NCBI GenBank assembly: GCA_032718475.1
Contig: JAUCBJ010006317.1
Span: 928-64,927 of the forward strand
DNA: 64,000 bases
Origin: Nemertoderma westbladi
Taxonomy: Eukaryota > Animalia > Xenacoelomorpha
Direction of reading: 5' to 3'
This document shows, one piece after another, positions 11,761 through 25,199 of this stretch (the stretch's first letter is position 1; every line of letters begins with the position of its first letter). The translations under genes were made by a program, and so were the position numbers. The notes under the pieces were generated by a model. That model did not search any database and had not been told where the DNA came from. It saw only the letters and a program-made list of their open reading frames with translations.

Positions 11761-13039
11761 AGCTGAGGTAGGTGAGTGGGACTGGTGTAAACAAATAGCT
11801 GAGGTAGGTGAGTGGGAGTGGTGTAAACAAATAGCTGAGGTAGGTGAGTGGGAGTGGTGTAAACAAATAGCTGAGGTAGGTGAGTGGGAGTGGTGTAAAC
11901 AAATAGCTGAGGTAGGTGAGTGGGAGTGGTGTAAACAAATAGCTGAGGTAGGTGAGTGGGACTGGTGTAAACAAATAGCTGAGGTAGGTGAGTGGGACTG
12001 GTGTAAACAAATAGCTGAGGTAGGTGAGTGGGAGTGGTGTAAACAAATAGCTGAGGTACAGTTAATAGGTGAGTGGGACTGGTGTAAACAAATAGCTGAG
12101 GTAGGTGAGTGGGACTGGTGTAAACAAATAGCTGAGGTAGGTGAGTGGGAGTGGTGTAAACAAATAGCCGAGGTACAGTTAGTAGGTGAGTGGGACTGGT
12201 GTAAACAAATAGCTGAGGTAGGTGAGTGGGAGTGGTGTAAACAAATAGCTGAGGTAGGTGAGTGGGACTGGTGTAAACAAATAGCTGAGGTAGGTGAGTG
12301 GGAGTGGTGTAAACAAATAGCTGAGGTAGGTGAGTGGGACTGGTGTAAACAAATAGCTGAGGTAGGTGAGTGGGACTGGTGTAAACAAATAGCTGCTAAG
12401 GTAGGTGAGTGGGACTGGTGTAAACAAATAGCTGAGGTAGGTGAGTGGGACTGGTGTAAACAAATAGCTGAGGTAGGTGAGTGGGACTGGTGTAAACAAA
12501 TAGCTGCTAAGGTAGGTGAGTGGGACTGGTGTAAACAAATAGCTGAGGTAGGTGAGTGGGACTGGTGTAAACAAATAGCTGCTAAGGTAGGTGAGTGGGA
12601 CTGGTGTAAACAAATAGCTGAGGTAGGTGAGTGGGACTGGTGTAAACAAATAGCCGAGGTAGGTGAGTGGGACTGGTGTAAACAAATAGCCGATGTAGGT
12701 GAGTGGGACTGGTGTAAACAAATAGCTGAGGTAGGTGAGTGGGACTGGTGTAAACAAATAGCCGAGGTAAGTGAGTGGGACTGGTGTAAACAAATAGCTG
12801 ATGTAGGTGAGTGGGACTGGTGTAAACAAATAGCCGAGGTAGGTGAGTGGGACTGGTGTAAACAAATAGCTGATGTAGGTGAGTGGGACTGGTGTAAACA
12901 AATAGCTGAGGTAGGTGAGTGGGACTGGTATAAACAAATAGCCGAGGTAGGTGGGTGGGACTGGTGTAAACAGGTAGGTGAGTGGGACTGGTGTAAACAA
13001 ATAGCCGAGGTAGGTGAGTGGGACTGGTGTAAACAAATA

Positions 13040-16000
13040 GCTGAGGTAGATGAGTGGGACTGGTGTAAACAAATAGCTGAGGTAGGTGAGTGGGACTGGT
13101 GTAAACAAATAGCTGAGGTAGGTGAGTGGGAGTGGTGTAAACAAATAGCTGATGTAGGTGAGTGGGACTGGTGTAAACAAATAGCTGAGGTAGGTGAGTG
13201 GGACTGGTGTAAACAAATAGCTGATGTAGGTGAGTGGGACTGGTGTAAACAAATAGCTGAGGTAGGTGAGTGGGAGTGGTGTAAACAAATAGCTGAGGTA
13301 GGTGAGTGGGACTGGTGTAAACAAATAGCTGAAGTAAGTGAGTGGGACTGGTGTAAACAAATAGCTGATGTAGGTGAGTGGGACTGGTGTAAACAAATAG
13401 CTGAGGTAGGTGAGTGGGAGTGGTGTAAACAAATAGCTGAGGTAGGTGAGTGGGACTGGTGTAAACAAATAGCTGAGGTAGGTGAGTGGGACTGGTGTAA
13501 ACAAATAGCTGAGGTAGGTGAGTGGGACTGGTGTAAACAAATAGCTGAGGTAGGTGAGTGGGACTGGTGTAAACAAATAGCTGAGGTAGGTGAGTGGGAC
13601 TGGTGTAAACAAATAGCTGAGGTAGGTTAGTGGGACTGGTGTAAACAAATAGCCGAGGTAGGTGAGTGGGACTGGTGTAAACAAATAGCTGAGGTAGGTG
13701 AGTGGGACTGGTGTAAACAAATAGCTGAGGTAGGTGAGTGGGACTGGTGTAAACAAATAGCTGAGGTAGGTGAGTGGGACTGGTGTAAACAAATAGCCGA
13801 GGTAGGTGAGTGGGACTGGTGTAAACAAATAGCTGAGGTAGGTGAGTGGGACTGGTGTAAACAAATAGCTGAGGTAGGTGTGTGGGACTGGTGTAAACAA
13901 ATAGCTGAGGTAGGTGTGTGGGACTGGTGTAAGCAAATAGCTGAGGTAGGTGTGTGGGACTGGTGTAAACAAATAGCTGAGGTAGGTGAGTGGGACTGGT
14001 GTAAACAAATAGCTGAGGTAGGTGAGTGGGACTGGTGTAAACAAATAGCTGAGGTAGGTGAGTGGGACTGGTGTAAACAAATAGCCGAGGTAGGTGAGTG
14101 GGACTGGTGTAAACAAATAGCTGAGGTAGGTGAGTGGGACTGGTGTAAACAAATAGCTGAGGTAGGTGAGTGGGACTGGTGTAAACAAATAGCTGAGGTA
14201 GGTGAGTGGGACTGGTGTAAACAAATAGCCGAGGTAGGTGAGTGGGACTGGTGTAAACAAATAGCTGAGGTAGGTGAGTGGGACTGGTGTAAACAAATAG
14301 CTGAGGTAGGTGTGTGGGACTGGTGTAAACAAATAGCTGAGGTAGGTGAGAGGGACTGGTGTAAACAAATAGCTGAGGTAGGTGTGTGGGACTGGTGTAA
14401 GCAAATAGCTGAGGTAGGTGTGTGGGACTGGTGTAAACAAATAGCTGAGGTAGGTGAGTGGGACTGGTGTAAACAAATAGCTGAGGTAGGTGAGTGGGAC
14501 TGGTGTAAACAAATAGCCGAGGTAGGTGAGTGGGACTGGTGTAAACAAATAGCTGAGGTAGGTGAGTGGGACTGGTGTAAACAAATAGCTGAGGTAGGTG
14601 AGTGGGACTGGTGTAAATAAATAGCTGAGGTAGGTGAGTGGGACTGGTGTAAACAAATAGCTGAGGTAGGTGAGTGGGACTGGTGTAAACAAATAGCTGA
14701 GGTAGGTGAGGGGGACTGGTGTAAACAAATAGCTGAGGTGCAGTTAGTAGGTGAGTGGGACTGGTGTAAACAAATAGCCGAGGTGTAAACAAATAGCCGA
14801 GGTAGGTGAGTGGGACTGGTGTAAATAAATAGCCGAGGTAGGTGAGTGGGACTGGTGTAAACAAATAGCTGAGGTAGGTGAGTGGGACTGGTGTAAATAA
14901 ATAGCTGAGGTAGGTGAGTGGGACTGGTGTAAACAAATAGCTGAGGTAGGTGAGTGGGACTGGTGTAAACAAATAGCTGAGGTAGGTGAGGGGGACTGGT
15001 GTAAACAAATAGCTGAGGTACAGTTAGTAGGTGAGTGGGACTGGTGTAAACAAATAGCCGAGGTGTAAACAAATAGCCGAGGTAGGTGAGTGGGACTGGT
15101 GTAAATAAATAGCCGAGGTAGGTGAGTGGGACTGGTGTAAACAAATAGCTGAGGTAGGTGAGTGGGACTGGTGTAAACAAATAGCTGAGGTAGATGAGTG
15201 GGACTGGTGTAAACAAATAGCTGAGGTAGGTGAGTGGGACTGGTGTAAACAAATAGCTGAGGTAGGTGAGTGGGAGTGGTGTAAACAAATAGCTGATGTA
15301 GGTGAGTGGGACTGGTGTAAACAAATAGCTGAGGTAGGTGAGTGGGACTGGTGTAAACAAATAGCTGATGTAGGTGAGTGGGACTGGTGTAAACAAATAG
15401 CTGAGGTAGGTGAGTGGGAGTGGTGTAAACAAATAGCTGAGGTAGGTGAGTGGGACTGGTGTAAACAAATAGCTGAAGTAAGTGAGTGGGACTGGTGTAA
15501 ACAAATAGCTGATGTAGGTGAGTGGGACTGGTGTAAACAAATAGCTGAGGTAGGTGAGTGGGAGTGGTGTAAACAAATAGCTGAGGTAGGTGAGTGGGAC
15601 TGGTGTAAACAAATAGCTGAGGTAGGTGAGTGGGACTGGTGTAAACAAATAGCTGAGGTAGGTGAGTGGGACTGGTGTAAACAAATAGCTGAGGTAGGTG
15701 AGTGGGACTGGTGTAAACAAATAGCTGAGGTAGGTGAGTGGGACTGGTGTAAACAAATAGCTGAGGTAGGTTAGTGGGACTGGTGTAAACAAATAGCCGA
15801 GGTAGGTGAGTGGGACTGGTGTAAACAAATAGCTGAGGTAGGTGAGTGGGACTGGTGTAAACAAATAGCTGAGGTAGGTGAGTGGGACTGGTGTAAACAA
15901 ATAGCTGAGGTAGGTGAGTGGGACTGGTGTAAACAAATAGCCGAGGTAGGTGAGTGGGACTGGTGTAAACAAATAGCTGAGGTAGGTGAGTGGGACTGGT

Positions 16001-17327
16001 GTAAACAAATAGCTGAGGTAGGTGTGTGGGACTGGTGTAAACAAATAGCTGAGGTAGGTGTGTGGGACTGGTGTAAGCAAATAGCTGAGGTAGGTGTGTG
16101 GGACTGGTGTAAACAAATAGCTGAGGTAGGTGAGTGGGACTGGTGTAAACAAATAGCTGAGGTAGGTGAGTGGGACTGGTGTAAACAAATAGCTGAGGTA
16201 GGTGAGTGGGACTGGTGTAAACAAATAGCCGAGGTAGGTGAGTGGGACTGGTGTAAACAAATAGCTGAGGTAGGTGAGTGGGACTGGTGTAAACAAATAG
16301 CTGAGGTAGGTGAGTGGGACTGGTGTAAACAAATAGCTGAGGTAGGTGAGTGGGACTGGTGTAAACAAATAGCCGAGGTAGGTGAGTGGGACTGGTGTAA
16401 ACAAATAGCTGAGGTAGGTGAGTGGGACTGGTGTAAACAAATAGCTGAGGTAGGTGTGTGGGACTGGTGTAAACAAATAGCTGAGGTAGGTGAGAGGGAC
16501 TGGTGTAAACAAATAGCTGAGGTAGGTGTGTGGGACTGGTGTAAGCAAATAGCTGAGGTAGGTGTGTGGGACTGGTGTAAACAAATAGCTGAGGTAGGTG
16601 AGTGGGACTGGTGTAAACAAATAGCTGAGGTAGGTGAGTGGGACTGGTGTAAACAAATAGCCGAGGTAGGTGAGTGGGACTGGTGTAAACAAATAGCTGA
16701 GGTAGGTGAGTGGGACTGGTGTAAACAAATAGCTGAGGTAGGTGAGTGGGACTGGTGTAAATAAATAGCTGAGGTAGGTGAGTGGGACTGGTGTAAACAA
16801 ATAGCTGAGGTAGGTGAGTGGGACTGGTGTAAACAAATAGCTGAGGTAGGTGAGGGGGACTGGTGTAAACAAATAGCTGAGGTGCAGTTAGTAGGTGAGT
16901 GGGACTGGTGTAAACAAATAGCCGAGGTGTAAACAAATAGCCGAGGTAGGTGAGTGGGACTGGTGTAAATAAATAGCCGAGGTAGGTGAGTGGGACTGGT
17001 GTAAACAAATAGCTGAGGTAGGTGAGTGGGACTGGTGTAAATAAATAGCTGAGGTAGGTGAGTGGGACTGGTGTAAACAAATAGCTGAGGTAGGTGAGTG
17101 GGACTGGTGTAAACAAATAGCTGAGGTAGGTGAGGGGGACTGGTGTAAACAAATAGCTGAGGTACAGTTAGTAGGTGAGTGGGACTGGTGTAAACAAATA
17201 GCCGAGGTGTAAACAAATAGCCGAGGTAGGTGAGTGGGACTGGTGTAAATAAATAGCCGAGGTAGGTGAGTGGGACTGGTGTAAACAAATAGCTGAGGTA
17301 GGTGAGTGGGACTGGTGTAAACAAATA
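13040..17327 (+). repeat. Tandem 2144-bp higher-order duplication containing a nested 280-bp duplication
   Basis: Markers recur at +2144: GTAGATG (~13046/~15190), GGTTAG (13627/15771), GAAGTAAG, GAGAGGG, GGTGCAGTTAG and the 19-bp monomers. ORF track ends are also offset by 2144 (13880/16024, 14744/16888) and by 280 (14728/15008). Confidence 0.92.
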
Positions 17328-20300
17328 GCTGAGGTAGGTGAGTGGGACTGGTGTAAGCAAATAGCTGAGGTAGGTGAGTGGGACTGGTGTAAACAAATAG
17401 TAGAGGTAGGTGAGTGGGACTGGTGTAAACAAATAGCTGAGGTAGGTGAGTGGGACTGGTGTAAACAAATAGCTGAGGTAGGTGAGTGGGACTGGTGTAA
17501 ACAAATAGCCGAGGTAGGTGAGTGGGACTGGTGTAAACAAATAGCTGAGGTAGGTGAGTGGGACTGGTGTAAACAAATAGCTGAGGTAGGTGAGTGGGAC
17601 TGGTGTAAACAAATAGCTGAGGTAGGTGAGTGGGACTGGTGTAAACAAATAGCCGAGGTAGGTGAGTGGGACTGGTGTAAACAAATAGCTGAGGTAGGTG
17701 AGTGGGACTGGTGTAAACAAATAGCTGAGGTAGGTGTGTGGGACTGGTGTAAACAAATAGCTGAGGTAGGTGTGTGGGACTGGTGTAAGCAAATAGCTGA
17801 GGTAGGTGTGTGGGACTGGTGTAAACAAATAGCTGAGGTAGGTGAGTGGGACTGGTGTAAACAAATAGCTGAGGTAGGTGAGTGGGACTGGTGTAAACAA
17901 ATAGCCGAGGTAGGTGAGTGGGACTGGTGTAAACAAATAGCTGAGGTAGGTGAGTGGGACTGGTGTAAACAAATAGCTGAGGTAGGTGAGTGGGACTGGT
18001 GTAAACAAATAGCTGAGGTAGGTGAGTGGGACTGGTGTAAACAAATAGCTGAGGTAGGTGAGTGGGACTGGTGTAAACAAATAGCCGAGGTAGGTGAGTG
18101 GGACTGGTGTAAACAAATAGCTGAGGTAGGTGAGTGGGACTGGTGTAAACAAATAGCTGAGGTAGGTGAGTGGGACTGGTGTAAACAAATAGCTGAGGTA
18201 GGTGAGTGGGACTGGTGTAAACAAATAGCTGAGGTAGGTGAGTGGGACTGGTGTAAACAAATAGCTGAGGTAGGTGAGTGGGACTGGTGTAAACAAATAG
18301 CTGAGGTAGGTGTGTGGGACTGGTGTAAACAAGTAGCTGAGGTAGGTGAGTGGGACTGGTGTAAACAAATAGCTGAGGTAGGTGAGTGGGTCTGGTGTAA
18401 ACAAATAGCTGAGGTAGGTGAGTGGGACTGGTGTAAACAAATAGCTGAGGTAGGTGAGTGGGACTGGTGTAAACAAATAGCTGAGGTAGGTGAGGGGGAC
18501 TGGTGTAAACAAATAGCCGAGGTGTAAACAAATAGCCGAGGTAGGTGAGTGGGACTGGTGTAAATAAATAGCTGAGGTAGGTGAGTGGGACTGGTGTAAA
18601 CAAATAGCTGAGGTAGGTGAGTGGGACTGGTGTAAACAAATAGCTGAGGTAGGTGAGGGGGACTGGTGTAAACAAATAGCCGAGGTGTAAACAAATAGCC
18701 GAGGTAGGTGAGTGGGACTGGTGTAAACAAATAGCCGAGGTAGGTGAGTGGGACTGGTGTAAACAAATAGTTGAGGTAGGTGAGTGGGACTGGTGTAAAC
18801 AAATAGCTGAGGTAGGTGAGTGGGACTGGTGTAAACAAATAGCTGAGGTAGGTGAGTGGGACTGGTGTAAACAAATAGCTGAGGTAGGTGAGTGGGACTG
18901 GTGTAAACAAATAGCTGAGGTAGGTGAGTGGGACTGGTGTAAGCAAATAGCTGAGGTGGGTGAGTGGGACTGGTGTAAACAAATAGTAGAGGTAGGTGAG
19001 TGGGACTGGTGTAAACAAATAGCTGAGGTAGGTGTGTGGGACTGGTGTAAACAAATAGCTGAGGTAGGTGTGTGGGACTGGTGTAAGCAAATAGCTGAGG
19101 TAGGTGTGTGGGACTGGTGTAAACAAATAGCTGAGGTAGGTGAGTGGGACTGGTGTAAACAAATAGCTGAGGTAGGTGAGTGGGACTGGTGTAAACAAAT
19201 AGCCGAGGTAGGTGAGTGGGACTGGTGTAAACAAATAGCTGAGGTAGGTGAGTGGGACTGGTGTAAACAAATAGCTGAGGTAGGTGAGTGGGACTGGTGT
19301 AAACAAATAGCTGAGGTAGGTGAGTGGGACTGGTGTAAACAAATAGCTGAGGTAGGTGAGTGGGAGTGGTGTAAACAAATAGCTGAGGTAGTTGAGTGGG
19401 AGTGGTGTAAACAAATAGCCGAGGTAGGTGTGTGGGACTGGTGTAAACAAATAGCTGAGGTAGGTGAGTGGGACTGGTGTAAACAAATAGCTGAGGTAGG
19501 TGAGTGGGACTGGTGTAAACAAATAGCTGAGGTAGGTGAGTGGGACTGGTGTAAACAAATAGCTGAGGTAGGTGAGTGGGACTGGTGTAAACAAATAGCC
19601 GAGGTAGGTGAGTGGGACTGGTGTAAACAAATAGCCGAGGTAGGTGAGTGGGACTGGTGTAAACAAATAGCTGAGGTAGGTGTGTGGGACTGGTGTAAAC
19701 AAATAGCTGAGGTAGGTGAGTGGGACTGGTGTAAACAAATAGCTGAGGTAGGTGAGTGGGACTGGTGTAAACAAATAGCTGAGGTAGGTGAGTGGGACTG
19801 GTGTAAACAAATAGCCGAGGTAGGTGAGTGGGACTGGTGTAAACAAATAGCCGAGGTAGGTGAGTGGGACTGGTGTAAACAAATAGCTGAGGTAGGTGAG
19901 TGGGACTGGTGTAAACAAATAGCTGAGGTAGGTGAGTGGGACTGGTGTAAACAAATAGCCGAGGTAGGTGAGTGGGACTGGTGTAAACAAATAGCTAAGG
20001 TAGGTGAGTGGGACTGGTGTAAACAAATAGCTGAGGTAGGTGAGTGGGACTGGTGTAAACAAATAGCCGAGGTAGGTGAGTGGGACTGGTGTAAACAAAT
20101 AGCCGAGGTAGGTGAGTGGGACTGGTGTAAACAAATAGCTGAGGTAGGTGAGTGGGACTGGTGTAAACAAATAGCTGAGGTAGGTGAGTGGGACTGGTGT
20201 AAACAAATAGCTGAGGTAGGTGAGTGGGACTGGTGTAAACAAATAGCTGAGGTAGGTGAGTGGGACTGGTGTAAACAAATAGCTGAGGTAGGTGAGTGGG

Positions 20301-21499
20301 ACTGGTGTAAACAAATAGCTGAGGTAGGTGAGTGGGACTGGTGTAAACAAATAGCTGAGGTAGGTGAGTGGGACTGGTGTAAACAAATAGCTGAGGTAGG
20401 TGAGTGGGACTGGTGTAAACAAATAGCTGAGGTAGGTGAGTGGGACTGGTGTAAACAAATAGCTGAGGTAGGTGAGTGGGACTGGTGTAAACAAATAGCT
20501 GAGGTAGGTGAGTGGGACTGGTGTAAACAAATAGCTGAGGTAGGTGAGTGGGACTGGTGTAAACAAATAGCTGAGGTAAGTGAGTGGGACTGGTGTAAAC
20601 AAATAGCCGAGGTAGGTGAGTGGGACTGGTGTAAACAAATAGCTGAGGTAGGTGAGTGGGACTGGTGTAAACAAATAGCTGAGGTAGGTGAGTGGGACTG
20701 GTGTAAACAAATAGCTGAGGTAGGTGAGTGGGACTGGTGTAAACAAATAGCTGAGGTAGGTGAGTGGGACTGGTGTAAACAAATAGCTGAGGTAGGTGTG
20801 TGGGACTGGTGTAAACAAATAGCTGAGGTAGGTGAGTGGGACTGGTGTAAACAAATAGCTGAGGTAGGTGAGTGGGACTGGTGTAAACAAATAGCTGAGG
20901 TAGGTGAGTGGGACTGGTGTAAACAAATAGCCGAGGTAGGTGAGTGGGACTGGTGTAAACAAATAGCTGAGGTAGGTGAGTGGGACTGGTGTAAACAAAT
21001 AGCTGAGGCAGGTGAGTGGGACTGGTGTAAACAAATAGCTGATGTAGGTGAGTGGGACTGGTGTAAACAAATAGCCGAGGTAGGTGAGTGGGACTGGTGT
21101 AAACAAATAGCTGAGGTAGGTGAGTGGGACTGGTGTAAACAAATAGCTGAGGTAGGTGAGTGGGACTGGTGTAAACAAATAGCTGAGGTAGGTGTGTGGG
21201 ACTGGTGTAAACAAATAGCTGAGGTACAGTTAGTAGGTGAGTGGGACTGGTGTAAACAAATAGCTGAGGTACAGTTAGTAGGTGAGTGGGACTGGTGTAA
21301 ACAAATAGCCGAGGTAGGTGTGTGGGACTGGTGTAAACAAATAGCTGAGGTACAGTTAGTAGGTGAGTGGGACTGGTGTAAACAAATAGCTGAGGTAGGT
21401 GAGTGGGACTGGTGTAAACAAATAGCTGAGGTAGGTGTGTGGGACTGGTGTAAACAAATAGCTGAGGTAGGTGAGTGGGACTGGTGTAAACAAATAGCT

Positions 21500-22320
21500 G
21501 AGGTAGGTGAGTGGGACTGGTGTAAACAAATAGCCGAGGTAGGTGTGTGGGACTGGTGTAAACAAATAGCTGAGGTACAGTTAGTAGGTGAGTGGGACTG
21601 GTGTAAACAAATAGCTGAGGTAGGTGAGTGGGACTGGTGTAAACAAATAGCTGAGGTAGGTGTGTGGGACTGGTGTAAACAAATAGCTGAGGTAGGTGAG
21701 TGGGACTGGTGTAAACAAATAGCCGAGGTAGGTGAGTGGGACTGGTGTAAACAAATAGCCGAGGTAGGTGAGTGGGACTGGTGTAAACAAATAGCTGAGG
21801 TAGGTGAGTGTGTGGGACTGGTGTAAACAAATAGCTGAGGTAGGTGAGTGTGTGGGACTGGTGTAAACAAATAGCTGAGGTAGGTGAGTGGGACTGGTGT
21901 AAACAAATAGCTGATGTAGGTGAGTGGGACTGGTGTAAACAAATAGCTGAGGTAGGTGAGTGGGACTGGTGTAAACAAATAGCCGAGGTAGGTGTGTGGG
22001 ACTGGTGTAAACAAATAGCTGAGGTACAGTTAGTAGGTGAGTGGGACTGGTGTAAACAAATAGCTGAGGTAGGTGAGTGGGACTGGTGTAAACAAATAGC
22101 TGAGGTAGGTGTGTGGGACTGGTGTAAACAAATAGCTGAGGTAGGTGAGTGGGACTGGTGTAAACAAATAGCCGAGGTAGGTGAGTGGGACTGGTGTAAA
22201 CAAATAGCCGAGGTAGGTGAGTGGGACTGGTGTAAACAAATAGCTGAGGTAGGTGAGTGTGTGGGACTGGTGTAAACAAATAGCTGAGGTAGGTGAGTGT
22301 GTGGGACTGGTGTAAACAAA
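21500..22320 (+). repeat. Tandem 449-bp duplication marked by paired 40-bp (GAGTGTGTGGG) monomers
   Basis: Pairs of +4 monomers at ~21806/21846 and ~22255/22295. ORF track offsets 21844/22293 and 21581/22030 both equal 449. Confidence 0.85.
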
Positions 22321-25199
22321 TAGCTGAGGTAGATGAGTGGGACTGGGATAAACAAATAGCTGAGGTAGGTGAGTGGGACTGGTGTAAACAAATAGCTGAG
22401 TTAGGTGAGTGGGACTGGTGTAAACAAATAGCTGAGGTAGGTGAGTGGGACTGGTGTAAACAAATAGCCGAGGTAGGTGAGTGGGACTGGTGTAAACAAA
22501 TAGCTAAGGTAGGTGAGTGGGACTGGTGTAAACAAATAGCTGAGGTAGGTGAGTGGGACTGGTGTAAACAAATAGCTGAGGTAGGTGAGTGGGACTGGTG
22601 TAAACAAATAGCCGAGGTAAGTGAGTGGGACTGGTGTAAACAAATAGCTGAGGTAGGTGAGTGGGACTGGTGTAAACAAATAGCTGAGGTAGGTGAGTGG
22701 GACTGGTGTAAACAAATAGCTGAGGTAGGTGAGTGGGACTGGTGTAAACAAATAGCCGAGGTAGGTGTGTGGGACTGGTGTAAACAAATAGCTGAGGTAC
22801 AGTTAGTAGGTGAGTGGGACTGGTGTAAACAAATAGCTGAGGTAGGTGAGTGGGACTGGTGTAAACAAATAGCTGAGGTAGGTGTGTGGGACTGGTGTAA
22901 ACAAATAGCTGAGGTACAGTTAGTAGGTGAGTGGGACTGGTATAAACAAATAGCTGAGTTAGGTGAGTGGGACTGGTGTAAACAAATAGCTGAGGTAGGT
23001 GAGTGGGACTGGTGTAAACAAATAGCCGAGGTAGGTGAGTGGGACTGGTGTAAACAAATAGCTGAGGTAGGTGAGTGGGACTGGTGTAAACAAATAGCTG
23101 ATGTAGGTGTGTGGGACTGGTGTAAACAAATAGCCGAGGTAGGTGAGTGGGACTGGTGTAAACAAATAGCTGAGGTAGGTGAGTGGGACTGGTGTAAACA
23201 AATAGCTGAGGTAGGTGAGTGGGACTGGTGTAAACAAATAGCTGAGGTAGGTGAGTGGGACTGGTGTAAACAAATAGCTGAGGTACAGTTAGTAGATGAG
23301 TGGGACTGGTATAAACAAATAGCTGAGGTACAGTTAGTAGGTGAGTGGGACTGGTGTAAACAAATAGCTGAGGTAGGTGAGTGGGACTGGTGTAAACAAA
23401 TAGCTGAGGTAGGTGTGTGGGACTGGTGTAAACAAATAGCTGAGGTACAGTTAGTAGGTGAGTGGGACTGGTATAAACAAATAGCCGAGGTAGGTGTGTG
23501 GGACTGGTGTAAACAAATAGCTGATGTACAGTTAGTAGGTGAGTGGGACTGGTGTAAACAAATAGCTGAGGTAGGTGAGTGGGACTGGTGTAAACAAATA
23601 GCTGAGGTAGGTGTGTGGGACTGGTGTAAACAAATAGCTGAGGTACAGTTAGTAGGTGAGTGGGACTGGTATAAACAAATAGCTGAGTTAGGTGAGTGGG
23701 ACTGGTGTAAACAAATAGCTGAGGTAGGTGAGTGGGACTGGTGTAAACAAATAGCCGAGGTAGGTGAGTGGGACTGGTGTAAACAAATAGCTGAGGTAGG
23801 TGTGTGGGACTGGTGTAAACAAATAGCTGAGGTACAGTTAGTAGGTGAGTGGGACTGGTATAAACAAATAGCTGAGTTAGGTGAGTGGGACTGGTGTAAA
23901 CAAATAGATGATGTAGGTGAGTGGGACTGGTGTAAACAAATAGCCGAGGTAGGTGAGTGGGACTGGTGTAAACAAATAGCTGAGGTAGGTGAGTGGGACT
24001 TGTGTAAACAAATAGCTGATGTAGGTGTGTGGGACTGGTGTAAACAAATAGCCGAGGTAGGTGAGTGGGACTGGTGTAAACAAATAGCCGAGGTAGGTGA
24101 GTGGGACTGGTGTAAACAAATAGCTGAGGTAGGTGAGTGGGATTGGTGTAAACAAATAGCTGAGGTAGGTGAGTGGGACTGGTGTAAACAAATAGCTGAG
24201 GTAGGTGAGTGGGACTGGTGTAAACAAATAGCCGAGGTAGGTGAGTGGGACTGGTGTAAACAAATAGCTGAGGTAGGTGAGTGTGTGGGACTGGTGTAAA
24301 CAAATAGCTGAGGTAGGTGAGTGGAACTGGTGTAAACAAATAGCCGAGGTAGGTGAGTGGGACTGGTGTAAACAAATAGCTGAGGTAGGTGTGTGGGACT
24401 GGTGTAAACAAATAGCTGAGGTAGGTGTGTGGGACTGGTGTAAACAAATAGCTGAGGTAGGTGAGTGGGACTGGTGTAAACAAATAGCTGAGGTAGGTGA
24501 GTGGGACTGGTGTAAACCACTAACTGAGGTAGGTGTGTGGGACTGGTGTAAACAAATAGCTGAGGTAGGTGAGTGGGACTGGTGTAAACAAATAGCTGAG
24601 GTAGATGAGTGGGACTGGTGTAAACAAATAGCTGAGGTAGGTGTGTGGGACTGGTGTAAACAAATAGCCGAGGTAGGTGAGTGGGACTGGTGTAAACAAA
24701 TAGCTGAGGTAGGTGTGTGGGACTGGTGTAAACAAATAGCTGAGGTAGGTGAGTGGGACTGGTGTAAACAAATAGCTGAGGTAGGTGAGTGGGACTGGTG
24801 TAAACAAATAGCTGAGGTAGGTGAGTGGGACTGGTGTAAACAAATAGCTGAGGTAGGTGTGTGGGACTGGTGTAAACAAATAGCTGAGGTAGGTGAGTGG
24901 GACTGGTGTAAACAAATATCTGAGGTAGGTGTGTGGGACTGGTGTAAACAAATAGCCGAGGTAGGTGAGTGGGACTGGTGTAAACAAATAGCTGAGGTTG
25001 GTGAGTGGGACTGGTGTAAACAAATAACTGAGGTAGGTGTGTGGGACTGGTGTAAACAAATAGCTGAGGTAGGTGAGTGGGACTGGTGTAAACAAATAGC
25101 TGAGGTAGGTGAGTGGGACTGGTGTAAACAAATAGCTGAGGTAGGTGAGTGGGACTGGTGTAAACAAATAGCTGAGGTAGGTGAGTGGGACTGGTGTAA

